NCBI GenBank assembly: GCA_963744145.1
Contig: CAVUSO010000001.1
Coordinates: 2,062,831 to 2,126,830 of the forward strand
Length of the DNA: 64,000 nucleotides
DNA from: an uncultured cyanobacterium
GTDB taxonomy: Bacteria; Cyanobacteriota; Cyanobacteriia; Cyanobacteriales; CAWUOF01
Direction: 5' to 3'
Of the stretch, positions 18,211-27,364 are shown in pieces (within the stretch, counting starts at the first letter, position 1; each line of letters opens with the position of its first letter). A program made the translations under genes and the position numbers. Under the pieces are notes generated by a model. It worked only from the letters and a program-made list of their open reading frames with translations. It searched no databases and was not told the origin of the DNA.

Positions 18211-18365
18211 CAGTTACCTGTAGGGGCGAAGCATTCGGGCGACAATTTATTGCTTAAAGGGAGTTAATATTAAATCCGAATGCTTCGCCCTTCGACTCCG
18301 CTCAGGGTAAACCCTTCTTCGTCGATATCTCCCAAAACATCTATTAACTGTACCGTATTGATTTA
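18211..18365. repeat. Hairpin-bearing dispersed repeat (GGGGCGAAGCATTCGGGCG…CCGAATGCTTCGCCC + CCTTCGACTCCGCTCAGGGTAAAC + TTAACTGTACCGTATTG)
   Basis: The same composite element occurs at 5283-5400, 5771-5900, 47393-47510 and 50590-50725. Confidence 0.7.
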
Positions 18366-18404
18366 TAAATTAGGATTAAAACATTAGGGTCTATAACAAA
18401 TTTA

Positions 18405-18626
18405 TTAATCATTTTTAGCTAAAATATCTTGTAAAATTTCTGGCGTTAGCCCTCGCTGTTGTGCTTTATTAGAGATTTCTGCCATTACTTGGGTTAAACT
18501 TTTATTGTGTAGATTTTCTCTAAAAAATAATTGAATAATATAGCTTAATTTTTTCTGAATCTCAGGATTAGCCTGTTCAAATGCGGTTTTAATTTCTTCA
18601 TTAACTTCAATAATAATACTAGGCAT
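18405..18626 (-). CDS. Hypothetical small protein (73 aa), possibly an antitoxin-like component
   Basis: Compact ORF divergent from a PIN-fragment ORF. No firm motif. Confidence 0.3.
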   Translation of the reverse strand: MPSIIIEVNEEIKTAFEQANPEIQKKLSYIIQLFFRENLHNKSLTQVMAEISNKAQQRGLTPEILQDILAKND

Positions 18627-18853
18627 TGGGGTTTCTTTTGATTGTTAGCAATTTATGGTTTGATTATAACTATAGCATCAATCACAGACATATTCATCAA
18701 AAATATTTTGATTTTCCTGTAAATCTTGATAATCTTAATCGTTGGCCTATAGTTGTCATAGGAGAGTTAATTTTTGGTGCAGAATATTTTCTGGCGATCG
18801 CCCTAGCTGTTGTGCATTATAACTGGATTGGGTATGATTGCACAACAGCTTAA
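18626..18853 (+). pseudogene. VapC/PIN-domain gene fragment
   Basis: The ORF contains PIVVIGELIFGAE. The nucleotide stretch 18745-18795 is near-identical to 19340-19385 inside the intact vapC (LPIVVVGELIFGAENS). The rest of the ORF has no PIN features. Confidence 0.4.
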
Positions 18854-19053
18854 AGGAACGGGAAAAAAAGGCTTTTTATGGTATGACTAGCAATGTAATA
18901 CCTATGCGACCCACAACAGAGACTACTTGCTCAGGTATTAGGGTGATCGGTGGGTTTTTGCTCCAAATTTAGCTAAAATGTCGATAGATCCTTTAATCGT
19001 ACTATGCTTTATGGCAAAAGAGCCTAAAAAAGTTTATGACTAATCTTGAGTAG

Positions 19054-19245
19054 TTGATTCAGGAACTAGAACAAGCTCCTGATGACCTAGTACAAACAGT
19101 GCTAGATTTTTTCTATCGGGTTAAGGCAATACGCCAAAAAAATTCCCTTGCCAAATTTGCCGGAATTTTAAGTGACTCTGAAGCGGAGGAACTACAACGA
19201 GCAATTACCACCGAGTGCCGCCAGGTAGATTTTAATGAGTGGTGA
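19054..19245 (+). CDS. vapB: VapB-like antitoxin
   Basis: 63-aa acidic protein whose stop overlaps the start of the PIN gene by 11 nt. Confidence 0.55.
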   Translation: MIQELEQAPDDLVQTVLDFFYRVKAIRQKNSLAKFAGILSDSEAEELQRAITTECRQVDFNEW

Positions 19246-19627
19246 GATTGCATTAGATACCTCTGTTGCGATTCGTTTCTTGAATGGAGACGCAGCTATT
19301 ACGGAAAGAGTGTTGGCATTACCAGAAATAGTTTTGCCAATAGTTGTTGTGGGAGAGTTAATTTTTGGTGCAGAAAACTCTACCCGTCAGTTACAAAATT
19401 TGCCTCGTTATCTTGAGTTTATATCGGCTTGTGTTGTTGTACAATTAGGACAAGAAACCGCAGAAACTTATGCTAGAACTCGGTTATTGTTGAAACGCAA
19501 AGGGCGACCAATCCCCATGAATGATGTATGGATCGCTGCTCAATGCTTAGAACAGGGTTGGGTATTGGTGACAGATGATACGGATTTTAATTATGTAGAT
19601 GGATTGATATTGGAACACTGGCGTTGA
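19235..19627 (+). CDS. vapC: VapC PIN-domain toxin
   Basis: IALDTSVAIRFL (N-terminal acidic D), VVGELIFGAE and LVTDDTDF match the conserved PIN acidic residues. Length 130 aa. Confidence 0.75.
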   Translation: MSGEIALDTSVAIRFLNGDAAITERVLALPEIVLPIVVVGELIFGAENSTRQLQNLPRYLEFISACVVVQLGQETAETYARTRLLLKRKGRPIPMNDVWIAAQCLEQGWVLVTDDTDFNYVDGLILEHWR

Positions 19628-19932
19628 GAAAATTATATTCATTGCTTACTACGAACCAGACCATCAAGTTATTTATTTTTCATTCCTTATCAAAACTCAA
19701 CCTCCTGCTCACCTACCCCAGAAGCGATCGACTTTTGCCACCAACTCACTGATACTAAGCGCGATCGCATGGCTAACCAATGAACCCCTAGAAGCACCGT
19801 TAAAAGGTTTTCCACCTCATCAACCCAATCTGTTATCTGCGATTCAAACCTGGTTAGAAGAGACTTGAACAAGTGGATTTTTGCTCCAAATTGAGCTAAA
19901 ATCTCGGTAGACCATAATTCTTAATCCTCAAA

Positions 19933-20139
19933 ATGCCTCAAACTCTTGATCTCAGCGGACTCACCCCCGAACAAATCGAGCAAATTTCTCTGATGATAGA
20001 AACATTTAAAACTATCAATCAACAGCGCCACCCATTAACCCAAAAAAAACTATCAGAATTCAATCCAAATCCGTTGTTTTTTGCCAGCGAAATTCTCCAG
20101 CCATTTAATCGTACTATACTTTATGGCAAAAGAGCCTAA
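19933..20139 (+). CDS. Antitoxin-like small protein upstream of a disrupted PIN gene
   Basis: 68 aa. It overlaps the following PIN-remnant ORF out of frame. Confidence 0.35.
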   Translation: MPQTLDLSGLTPEQIEQISLMIETFKTINQQRHPLTQKKLSEFNPNPLFFASEILQPFNRTILYGKRA

Positions 20140-20287
20140 GCGAATTTATCTTGATCCCAACATTCTCGCTTATGTTGCCAATACTAAAGCCCCTCAACAG
20201 GCTGCATTTGAGTTTGCCCGCTCGCGAAGTCGAAGTTTACCCGTTCGCGGAGTCGAAGGGGTAGTCGATGTAACTTTTTTGGTTTAA
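20081..20287 (+). pseudogene. PIN-domain (VapC-like) toxin remnant truncated by repeat insertion
   Basis: MAKEPKRIYLDPNILAYVAN is a typical PIN N-terminus (xIYLDTNILIY). After ~40 aa the ORF ends in low-complexity residues and runs into the repeat cluster starting at ~20290. Confidence 0.45.
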
Positions 20288-20289
20288 TT

Positions 20290-20500
20290 GAATTGGATTT
20301 TAATATATATAGTTGATCTGTTTGTTGCATAAATGGTAAGGGCAAAGCATTTCGGTAATATTATTCTTCCCTTCGACTACGCCCCCTTCGACTACGCTCA
20401 GGGTAAACTTCGACTCCGCCCTTCGACTACGCCCTTCGACTACGCTCAGGGTAAACTCAGGGTAAACTCAGGGTAAACTCAGGGTAAACGTTTAAGTAAT
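20290..20500. repeat. Composite short-dispersed-repeat cluster (GGGCAAAGCATTTCGG hairpin arms; CCTTCGACTACGC(T/C)C units; 4 x CAGGGTAAACT 11-mers)
   Basis: It has the same architecture as the 183-bp unit of the 50726-51262 tandem array, with the internal 11-mer expanded to 4 tandem copies. Confidence 0.75.
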
Positions 20501-20583
20501 GATTGATTTGCCGAAATGCGAAAGCCCCTACCCGGATTGACCGATATCTGGCGATCGCAATTGTCTCTCCTATAATTCAGTTT

Positions 20584-21516
20584 ATGAGTATCATTGTCTT
20601 TGGTAGTATTAACCTCGACCTAATTACTACAACTCCTCGCTTCCCTCATCCTGGCGAAACTATCCAGGGCTATAATTTTTATACAGCAGGTGGTGGTAAA
20701 GGTGCAAATCAAGCTGTAGCAGCTTCCCGTCTGGGAGTCACAACCCATCTGATTGGGCGCGTTGGTGCTGATAATTTTGGCCAAGAATTATTGAGAAGTT
20801 TAGAGTCTTATGGATTAAATATTGATAATATTTTGATTGACAAAACTACTCATTCAGGTATTGCAATTATCACTGTAGAGGATGGTGGTCAAAATAATAT
20901 TATCGTTATTCCTGGAGCAAATAACTGTGTTAATGATCTAGATGTAGAGCGTTTAAAAGAAATATTACCAACAGCTACAACTTTGTTATTACAGTTAGAA
21001 ATACCTCTAGCAATTGTGCAACAATCGGCGATCGCTGCATGGGAAGCGAAGGTAAAAGTTATTCTAGATCCCGCACCTGTTCGCTCAGATATTCCCAGGG
21101 AATTATATCCATTAATTGATATTATTACTCCCAATGAAATCGAAGCTAGTCAATTGGTAGGTTTTATGGTGAATAGTCGGGAGAGTGCGATTGATGCTGC
21201 TGTTCAATTGCGTGATTGGGGTGTTAATACTGCTATTGTTAAATTGGGCGATCGAGGTGTTGTTTGTGCAACGGCTGATGAGACCTTTTTTCTTCCAGCT
21301 TTTCCAGTAGTTGCTGTTGATACAGTAGCTGCTGGTGATGCTTTTAATGGGGGACTTGTAGCAGCTTTAGATAGTGGTTTAGCTTTGCGAGATGCGGTAG
21401 TTTGGGGGACAGCAGCAGGTGCTTTATGTGTGATGAAACCTGGTGCTCAACCTGCTATGTGCGATCGCGGAACTTTTGATGCTTTTTTGGCAACTGTTCA
21501 CGGACCCAAGCTCTAA
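20584..21516 (+). CDS. rbsK: Ribokinase (PfkB carbohydrate kinase family)
   Basis: MSIIVFGSINLDL…AGGGKGANQAVAASRLG is the ribokinase N-terminal GG motif. The C-terminal DTVAAGDAFNGGL is the PfkB signature 2. Start taken at the ATG at 20584, after the repeat cluster. Confidence 0.8.
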   Translation: MSIIVFGSINLDLITTTPRFPHPGETIQGYNFYTAGGGKGANQAVAASRLGVTTHLIGRVGADNFGQELLRSLESYGLNIDNILIDKTTHSGIAIITVEDGGQNNIIVIPGANNCVNDLDVERLKEILPTATTLLLQLEIPLAIVQQSAIAAWEAKVKVILDPAPVRSDIPRELYPLIDIITPNEIEASQLVGFMVNSRESAIDAAVQLRDWGVNTAIVKLGDRGVVCATADETFFLPAFPVVAVDTVAAGDAFNGGLVAALDSGLALRDAVVWGTAAGALCVMKPGAQPAMCDRGTFDAFLATVHGPKL

Positions 21517-22126
21517 AAGCTCTCATTGTCTTATTTCTACCATCCGTATTGATTCTACTTAAATATTCGGGGATTACCTCAATGAGGGGTAAATTAGGAA
21601 AAATAGAACTAAATTTTGACTCCCTATACTTTCCATCTTCTAGCACATTAATTTGTAACTTACCTTTTTCAAATCGCCAAAGTTCAGGCACTTTTAAAGC
21701 TGCATAAATATCTGGATGAGTGCGAGAAGTTATATCTATCTCCAAGACTAAATCTGGAGGGGGATCATGGCTTAAGTCTAATTTAGATTTTCCTCTGACT
21801 AATGCTTCATTTTGGATATAGAAACAGTTATCTGGTTCTATTCCTTTCCAAGTTTCTGGGTTGGTAAAGGTAGTAGATCCCAGAGGATAAAAATCAATAT
21901 TTAGTTCTTCTAAAATAATTTCTACAAAGTTACCGATGAAGATTTTGCTAAATTCATGCTCTGGTAATGGTGTCATAATTTCTAATCTGCCGTGATCATA
22001 AGCTATTCTGGAGGTACGATGTTCTCCTAATTCATCTAAAATAGATTCAAATTCTTGCCAGGTGATCCCATCTAAAAATATTTTATGACCGGGTGGTATG
22101 TTAAATCGCTTTAATTCTAAGAGCAT
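21455..22126 (-). CDS. Uma2-family (DUF820) endonuclease-like protein
   Basis: FLDGITWQEFESILDELGEHRTSRIAYDHGRLEIMTPLPEHE… aligns with the other Uma2 paralogues at 17575, 25287 and 55950. Confidence 0.7.
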   Translation of the reverse strand: MLLELKRFNIPPGHKIFLDGITWQEFESILDELGEHRTSRIAYDHGRLEIMTPLPEHEFSKIFIGNFVEIILEELNIDFYPLGSTTFTNPETWKGIEPDNCFYIQNEALVRGKSKLDLSHDPPPDLVLEIDITSRTHPDIYAALKVPELWRFEKGKLQINVLEDGKYRESKFSSIFPNLPLIEVIPEYLSRINTDGRNKTMRAFRAWVREQLPKKHQKFRDRT

Positions 22127-22359
22127 TTTAAATCCTTGTTTGTATGTTGATAAAAATACCGGATATTATGGTGGGTTTTTTTATCCTAATTCAATCCTTA
22201 AACTAGATAAATTTGCGATCGATCTGGATCAGATTTATGATGCTGATCTAGATGTACCAATTTATGATATCATAATTGCCACGATCGCAACAGTAGTTTA
22301 AAATATTTTTTCTGAGGGGGTAGTCCCTGAATCGATAAAATTTAGATGTGTCTTAGCTT

Positions 22360-23076
22360 ATGTCTGTACCGATTGATTTAATCTTAGTTCCTCAAGGAGC
22401 AGAGTATAACTCTATTTGTCGAGGTTTAAGACTTGTTAAGGGTTTTCATCCCCAGGTGTTAGCAATTCCGATGGGTTTTCAACCATTAACTCAATATCTA
22501 GAAAAAGTTTTTACCGCTGAATATCTTGCTAATTCTGGACCATTACAAGTTCTCCTGGTGGGATTATGTGGTAGTTTAACTCCTTTGTATTCCCTTAGGG
22601 ATGTGGTACTTTATCAAGAATGTGTTTATCAGTCTGAACTGGGACTACAACAGCAAACTTGCGATCGCACTTTGACATCTCTCTTACAAGAAAAATTACC
22701 AAAACCAGTTAGCTTAGTCAAATCCTTAACTAGCGATCGATTAATTTTTTTAGCATCTGAAAAACAACAATTATGCCAAAAGTATGCTTTAGATGTTGTT
22801 GATATGGAAGGATTTGCAGCGTTAGATTTTTTTAATAAACATCACATCGCAGTAGCAATGGTGAGAGTGGTTAGTGATGATAGTAAACACAATTTACCTG
22901 ATCTTTCAGCAGCAATAAATCCAGATGGAATACTTCAACCTATCCCATTAGCGATCGGGATGATCCGACAACCCCTTGCAGCGATAAGATTAATTTATGG
23001 TTCTTTAAAAGGACTAAAAGTCTTAGAAAAAACTATCATGGAAATCTACCACCATCACCATCTTGAGGATAGATAG
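22360..23076 (+). CDS. PNP_UDP_1 / nucleoside phosphorylase-superfamily protein (MTA/SAH-nucleosidase-like)
   Basis: VDMEGFAALDF…VAMVRVVSDD resembles the MTAN-family catalytic region. The C-terminus ends HHHHLEDR, which is natural rather than a tag. Confidence 0.45.
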   Translation: MSVPIDLILVPQGAEYNSICRGLRLVKGFHPQVLAIPMGFQPLTQYLEKVFTAEYLANSGPLQVLLVGLCGSLTPLYSLRDVVLYQECVYQSELGLQQQTCDRTLTSLLQEKLPKPVSLVKSLTSDRLIFLASEKQQLCQKYALDVVDMEGFAALDFFNKHHIAVAMVRVVSDDSKHNLPDLSAAINPDGILQPIPLAIGMIRQPLAAIRLIYGSLKGLKVLEKTIMEIYHHHHLEDR

Positions 23077-23131
23077 ATAAATTCTGTATGCTGATCTATT
23101 ATATTGCCCTAATCGCTGATATAATAAAGTC

Positions 23132-23956
23132 TTGTTTAATGCTGTAAATAAAAAGGTCAAAAAACCAATGCAGAAAATTATGCAAATACTGAAAAATAAT
23201 CGTTGGGTGCGGATGGCTGTATATCTGAATACTTTTTTATTCATGATTTATGGAAGCGCTCGGATCAGGTTGGTGGATAATTCTAGCTCTAATATAACCA
23301 CAATAACTAATCCAGAAATAGTTAGTATTGCTGCTACTAGCTCATCATCAATAGATAATCTTAGTTCTGTTGCTTGGTGGCAATATAGAGTTAATAATCA
23401 AATTAAGATCAATGAAAATAAAGAACTTAATGCTTGTTTATTTGGAGATTCTATCTCTTCTCATTTAGACAATACACTGGGTAACAATAATTTTAACTTT
23501 GCTTTACCAGCAATGACTACTATTTCCTTAATCCAACAGTTAAAAATGTTAGATTTAGCTAATGTAAAATGTAAACAGGCTATTATTGCGATCGGTACAA
23601 ATGACGCTGATTCTGCTATGACAGATAATGATTTTTTCATAAATATGCGAAATATAATCACTAGAATGCGGTTAATGGGAGCAACTAAAATTATCCTGAT
23701 TCCTGCTTTTTACTCAACCCTTGAAGCTAGTCATAAACCAGAATTAGCAGCACCAATTAGTCGAGTAGAAGAAATTAATAACCTGATTAGTCTGGTAGGA
23801 AAAGTTGAAAAAGTTTTAGTTGTAGAAGAAACAATAAAACCTTTATTTGATGGACAAAAATTAAAATCAAATTTAACTATAGATGGAGTTCATCTTAACG
23901 AAGATGGTCTAAAAATTTATCGAGAATCAATCTTAAAGATAATCACAGGATCATAA
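23132..23956 (+). CDS. SGNH/GDSL-family hydrolase with N-terminal membrane anchor
   Basis: Block I FGDSISS, block III IAIGTNDA and block V DGVHLNEDG. An N-terminal hydrophobic segment is present. Confidence 0.65.
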   Translation: MFNAVNKKVKKPMQKIMQILKNNRWVRMAVYLNTFLFMIYGSARIRLVDNSSSNITTITNPEIVSIAATSSSSIDNLSSVAWWQYRVNNQIKINENKELNACLFGDSISSHLDNTLGNNNFNFALPAMTTISLIQQLKMLDLANVKCKQAIIAIGTNDADSAMTDNDFFINMRNIITRMRLMGATKIILIPAFYSTLEASHKPELAAPISRVEEINNLISLVGKVEKVLVVEETIKPLFDGQKLKSNLTIDGVHLNEDGLKIYRESILKIITGS

Positions 23957-24092
23957 ATAAGCTTGGATTGAAGCGATCGCAAGATGATCAAGAAACGATC
24001 TCCTCTATATTCAGAGCCTTTAATTTGTTGATCAGATAGCGATCATTTTAAATACCCCCTGATCAAAATCCTATATTTTTGTGAATAAGTGG

Positions 24093-25181
24093 TCAATTTA
24101 ATGCAGCTTGAAGCTTTTCATTTTTTTGCAAAATATCTACTAAACTATAGGTATCTGTACTACCTTGGATAATCTGAATATGACGATTGGGAAAATCTAT
24201 TTCGATTAAGCCATCATTGACAACATAGAAAGGTAGCATGATTGGATAACCACCTTGCTTAAAACCAGTCAATCCAAATCTTCCCACAATCTCTCCATGA
24301 ATCAGACGTTGAGTAGTGGTTATTTTGAACAGAGCTACCTTATTCAAAATCTCAGGATCAATACTGTAATAAGCTACTTGATAATCTAAAGTGTAGTCTG
24401 ATTGAGCTACATCTGGCACATCTTTAAACCACTTGGTAAATAAACTATTAACGACCAAACTATAGGGATCACTAATGCGATATCCTTCAGGATCAGCAGC
24501 ATTACCATTCAGGCAATTTTTCATCGAAGAAGTCCAAATAATCCGATCTCTAGTTCCTTCTGTTACCCGTTGAATATCAAAGTCCTTGGTCGGTCTACTA
24601 CAAGTAAGTTGAAATGTATAACTTGCTCTCATTGATTCTTTAGCAGTGATCTGATCGGTAAGTCCTGATTGAACTGATGCTTCTATTCCACCGTTCACAC
24701 TCCAACCAGTTTGGAAGCGATAATTAACTTCATTAACCGCTGTACGTGGAACTGTTGCTGTTTGGGCAATGTCCCAGAGTTGTTCAGTAGTTGGTCTAAT
24801 CTTAAAGGAAACAGAATCTTGGTAGAGAGAGCGGATCGTTGATTTAATATCTTCGCTTTCGTTTTGTTTCTTATCGTATCCCGGAGTATAGGTAATTGCA
24901 GCTTGGATCACTAGATCGATTGTTCCAGTTTGTTGTTGGAGTACCGTAACTGCAAATGTACCCGTAATTCCCGACGGTTTAATGTGTGGTTTTGATTTGA
25001 TTAAATTAATAAAATGACTTGCATCTAAATGTCCCAAGGTCAAAATTTCCAAGGGAGATTTGATCACTTCCTTAAACATATCAAACTGGACAGAAATTTC
25101 CTCTAAGTTAGCAGGAACATTAATGCGCCCCATCCCGTTTATATTGCCCATAGTTTTGGCAAAAATAAAATCTTCATTCAT
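24093..25181 (-). CDS. Hypothetical 362-aa protein. Possible beta-pore-forming-toxin-like (aerolysin/ETX-MTX2-type) fold, weakly supported
   Basis: No catalytic motif. It is Ser/Thr/Gly-rich with a stretch of alternating polar/hydrophobic residues (TAVNEVNYRFQTGWSVNGGIEASVQSGLTDQITAKESMRASYTFQLT) of the kind seen in amphipathic beta-hairpins. Confidence 0.3.
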   Translation of the reverse strand: MNEDFIFAKTMGNINGMGRINVPANLEEISVQFDMFKEVIKSPLEILTLGHLDASHFINLIKSKPHIKPSGITGTFAVTVLQQQTGTIDLVIQAAITYTPGYDKKQNESEDIKSTIRSLYQDSVSFKIRPTTEQLWDIAQTATVPRTAVNEVNYRFQTGWSVNGGIEASVQSGLTDQITAKESMRASYTFQLTCSRPTKDFDIQRVTEGTRDRIIWTSSMKNCLNGNAADPEGYRISDPYSLVVNSLFTKWFKDVPDVAQSDYTLDYQVAYYSIDPEILNKVALFKITTTQRLIHGEIVGRFGLTGFKQGGYPIMLPFYVVNDGLIEIDFPNRHIQIIQGSTDTYSLVDILQKNEKLQAALN

Positions 25182-25286
25182 CCTGATAACTCCTTTATGC
25201 TCAACAATTCAAGTTTTTAATAAGAGATTTCTAGTTACTAAATAAGAAACTCCTAATCTCATATTTCCCAATCTTCAAGCCTGTTT

Positions 25287-26051
25287 TCAATCAATTTCAT
25301 CTGGGTTTAGTCCTAGCGATCGCAAGCGTTCTGCTAATCTTTCGGCTCGTTGACGCTCTTGTTCAGCTCGTTGACGCTCTTGTTCGGCTCGTTGCTGCTC
25401 TTGTTCGACTTGTTGTTGAGCTAATACAGCACGTTGTTTAACTTCTTCAGCTTCTTGTAAGGCTGATTCTAACTTTTGATTAGTTTCACTAGGATCGTAA
25501 AATAGATTACCATTAGGATGATAAAGCTGTAATTCTTCACTTGATAAATCAAACCGAATACCTAGTCTTGGGCTTACCCAATTATTCATTTCTTCAATGA
25601 CGCATAAATTATCTTCTGCTCTTAACCAACCAGTCAAATCATTGTTTTCTGGGTCATAAAGATAGTATTCTTCGACTCCATAAATACGATAAAATTCCTG
25701 TTTTTTACTCATTGCTGATAATCTATTCCCAGGTGAAAGAATCTCAAATACTACTTGTGGGGCAATGTTTCCTTCTTCCCATTGTCGATAGGAACCTCGA
25801 TGTTTTTTTTCAGCTCCAAATACCACCATTACATCAGGAGCTTGACGAATTTTATTATTTCCTTCGACTGGATACCATAATAAATCCCCAGCAATAAATA
25901 CATTAGGTACATCTGCAAATAAGCTGACCAAATTGCAATAGATGATCGTAATCCAATAAAATTGCTTGGTATTCTCTGACATCGGGTTACCGTCGTCCTC
26001 TGGGTAAATTACTGTGGGTTTAGCGGGCGATTCTAGTTTCATCATAACCAA
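25287..26051 (-). CDS. Uma2-family (DUF820) endonuclease-like protein with C-terminal coiled-coil QRAEQER repeat tail
   Basis: The Uma2 core (FYWITIIYCNL…VVFEILSPGN) is followed by QQQVEQEQQRAEQERQRAEQERQRAERLAERL. The nucleotide sequence 25340-25440 is a 30-nt tandem repeat. Confidence 0.65.
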   Translation of the reverse strand: MVMMKLESPAKPTVIYPEDDGNPMSENTKQFYWITIIYCNLVSLFADVPNVFIAGDLLWYPVEGNNKIRQAPDVMVVFGAEKKHRGSYRQWEEGNIAPQVVFEILSPGNRLSAMSKKQEFYRIYGVEEYYLYDPENNDLTGWLRAEDNLCVIEEMNNWVSPRLGIRFDLSSEELQLYHPNGNLFYDPSETNQKLESALQEAEEVKQRAVLAQQQVEQEQQRAEQERQRAEQERQRAERLAERLRSLGLNPDEID

Positions 26052-26101
26052 ATTTTATCCATTCTCTTTAATTAAGTATAGCACAATTGCACCAAATTTT
26101 T

Positions 26102-27349
26102 TTAATGTTCAGAATCTACCCAAACAGTTTGACCACTTGTATTGATATATCTCCACTGTTGATCTACTTTCACGTAAGCTAGATCACCCTGAACAAAAGG
26201 AAAAATATCGACTTCATCAAATTCTGGTGCGATCGCGATTTGCCCAGTTTCATCCATAAATCCCCACTTTCCCTTGAGCATGATTGCTTTTAATCCATGA
26301 TAAAAACAGTAGGAATTATCAATTTTATCAAACTGTGGCTGGACAATTATTTGCCCAGCTTGATTAATAAATCCCCACTTGTTATTAATTTCTACTGCGG
26401 TGAGATATTGAGGAAAACATTTATACGATATTCTCTCAAACTGTGGTGAAATGAGAAATTCTCCCTGGTGATTAATTAGTCCATATTTGCCATTTTTGGC
26501 GGCGATCGCTAATCCTTTTGCCGAAAATATTGATAGGGCGTAAAATTGTGGTTTCGGTTCTTCTGTAAATTTTCCATCCCGATCTATATAACCCCTTTTT
26601 GTATTATAAACTACCCAAGCTTTGCCATGATAAAAATTTTCAGCCCACTCAAATTGGGGTGGAATAACAACTTGTCCATTGTGATTAATAAAACCGATAT
26701 TATTCCCAATTCTTACTTGTGCTAATCCCTCAGAAAAAAATCCCGGAGCATCAAATTGGAGTGGAATGACAATGGTGCCATGTTGATTAATATAACCCCA
26801 TTTATCGTTAATTGCCACTGCTGCTAAGTCTTCGGAAAATCCCTGGATAAAATCAAATTGAGGTGAGGTGACTATCTGTCCTTTTTCGTTAATTAATCCA
26901 ATTTTACCGTTAATTCTTACTTGGGCTAAACCATGTTTAAATTCTTCTTCACCCTGAAATTGTGGGGGAATGATTATTTTACCAGTCTGATTAATATAAC
27001 CCCATTTCCCATTCATACTTACTGGAGTTAGTGCTTCATTTCCACAGTTTAAAACTCGCTCAAATTGGGGTGCGATCACAATTTTTCCATTTTCATCGAT
27101 ACAGCCCCATTTCTGGTTAATTTTTACTAATGCTCTGTGATTAAAGAAATCTGATACTTGTTCAAATTGAGGAGCAATTACTATTTTTCCAGTTTCATCT
27201 ATATAGCCAAACTTTTGGTTTTGACGAATGATAAACCTTTGGATCATATTTTGCGACTCTCGTGATCTTGCTTGAACTCGGGCTGAATCTGCTAAAATGA
27301 TTAATGTGAGCGTGACTAAACCTAACATCCCAAATCTACCTGGTTTCAT
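26102..27349 (-). CDS. Secreted KWG (WG-containing) repeat protein, paralogue 3 of 3
   Basis: Signal peptide, then about 12 repeats of …KWGYIDxxGKIVIxPQFDxx…F.EGLA…. Confidence 0.7.
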   Translation of the reverse strand: MKPGRFGMLGLVTLTLIILADSARVQARSRESQNMIQRFIIRQNQKFGYIDETGKIVIAPQFEQVSDFFNHRALVKINQKWGCIDENGKIVIAPQFERVLNCGNEALTPVSMNGKWGYINQTGKIIIPPQFQGEEEFKHGLAQVRINGKIGLINEKGQIVTSPQFDFIQGFSEDLAAVAINDKWGYINQHGTIVIPLQFDAPGFFSEGLAQVRIGNNIGFINHNGQVVIPPQFEWAENFYHGKAWVVYNTKRGYIDRDGKFTEEPKPQFYALSIFSAKGLAIAAKNGKYGLINHQGEFLISPQFERISYKCFPQYLTAVEINNKWGFINQAGQIIVQPQFDKIDNSYCFYHGLKAIMLKGKWGFMDETGQIAIAPEFDEVDIFPFVQGDLAYVKVDQQWRYINTSGQTVWVDSEH

Positions 27350-27364
27350 TTTTATTTTCCTTGA

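Noticed and set aside
21455-21516. 62-bp convergent overlap between the ribokinase and Uma2 3' ends, as a possible mis-call or antisense regulation
   Set aside because: Both ORFs are supported by family motifs through their ends. Short 3' overlaps of convergent genes are not unusual. It is not pursued beyond this note.
23041-23076. HHHH run at a protein C-terminus (…EIYHHHHLEDR) suggesting a His-tag or vector-derived sequence
   Set aside because: There are only four His residues and they precede LEDR, the reverse of the usual LE-His6 tag order. The surrounding DNA is typical HIP1-rich cyanobacterial sequence with no vector features.
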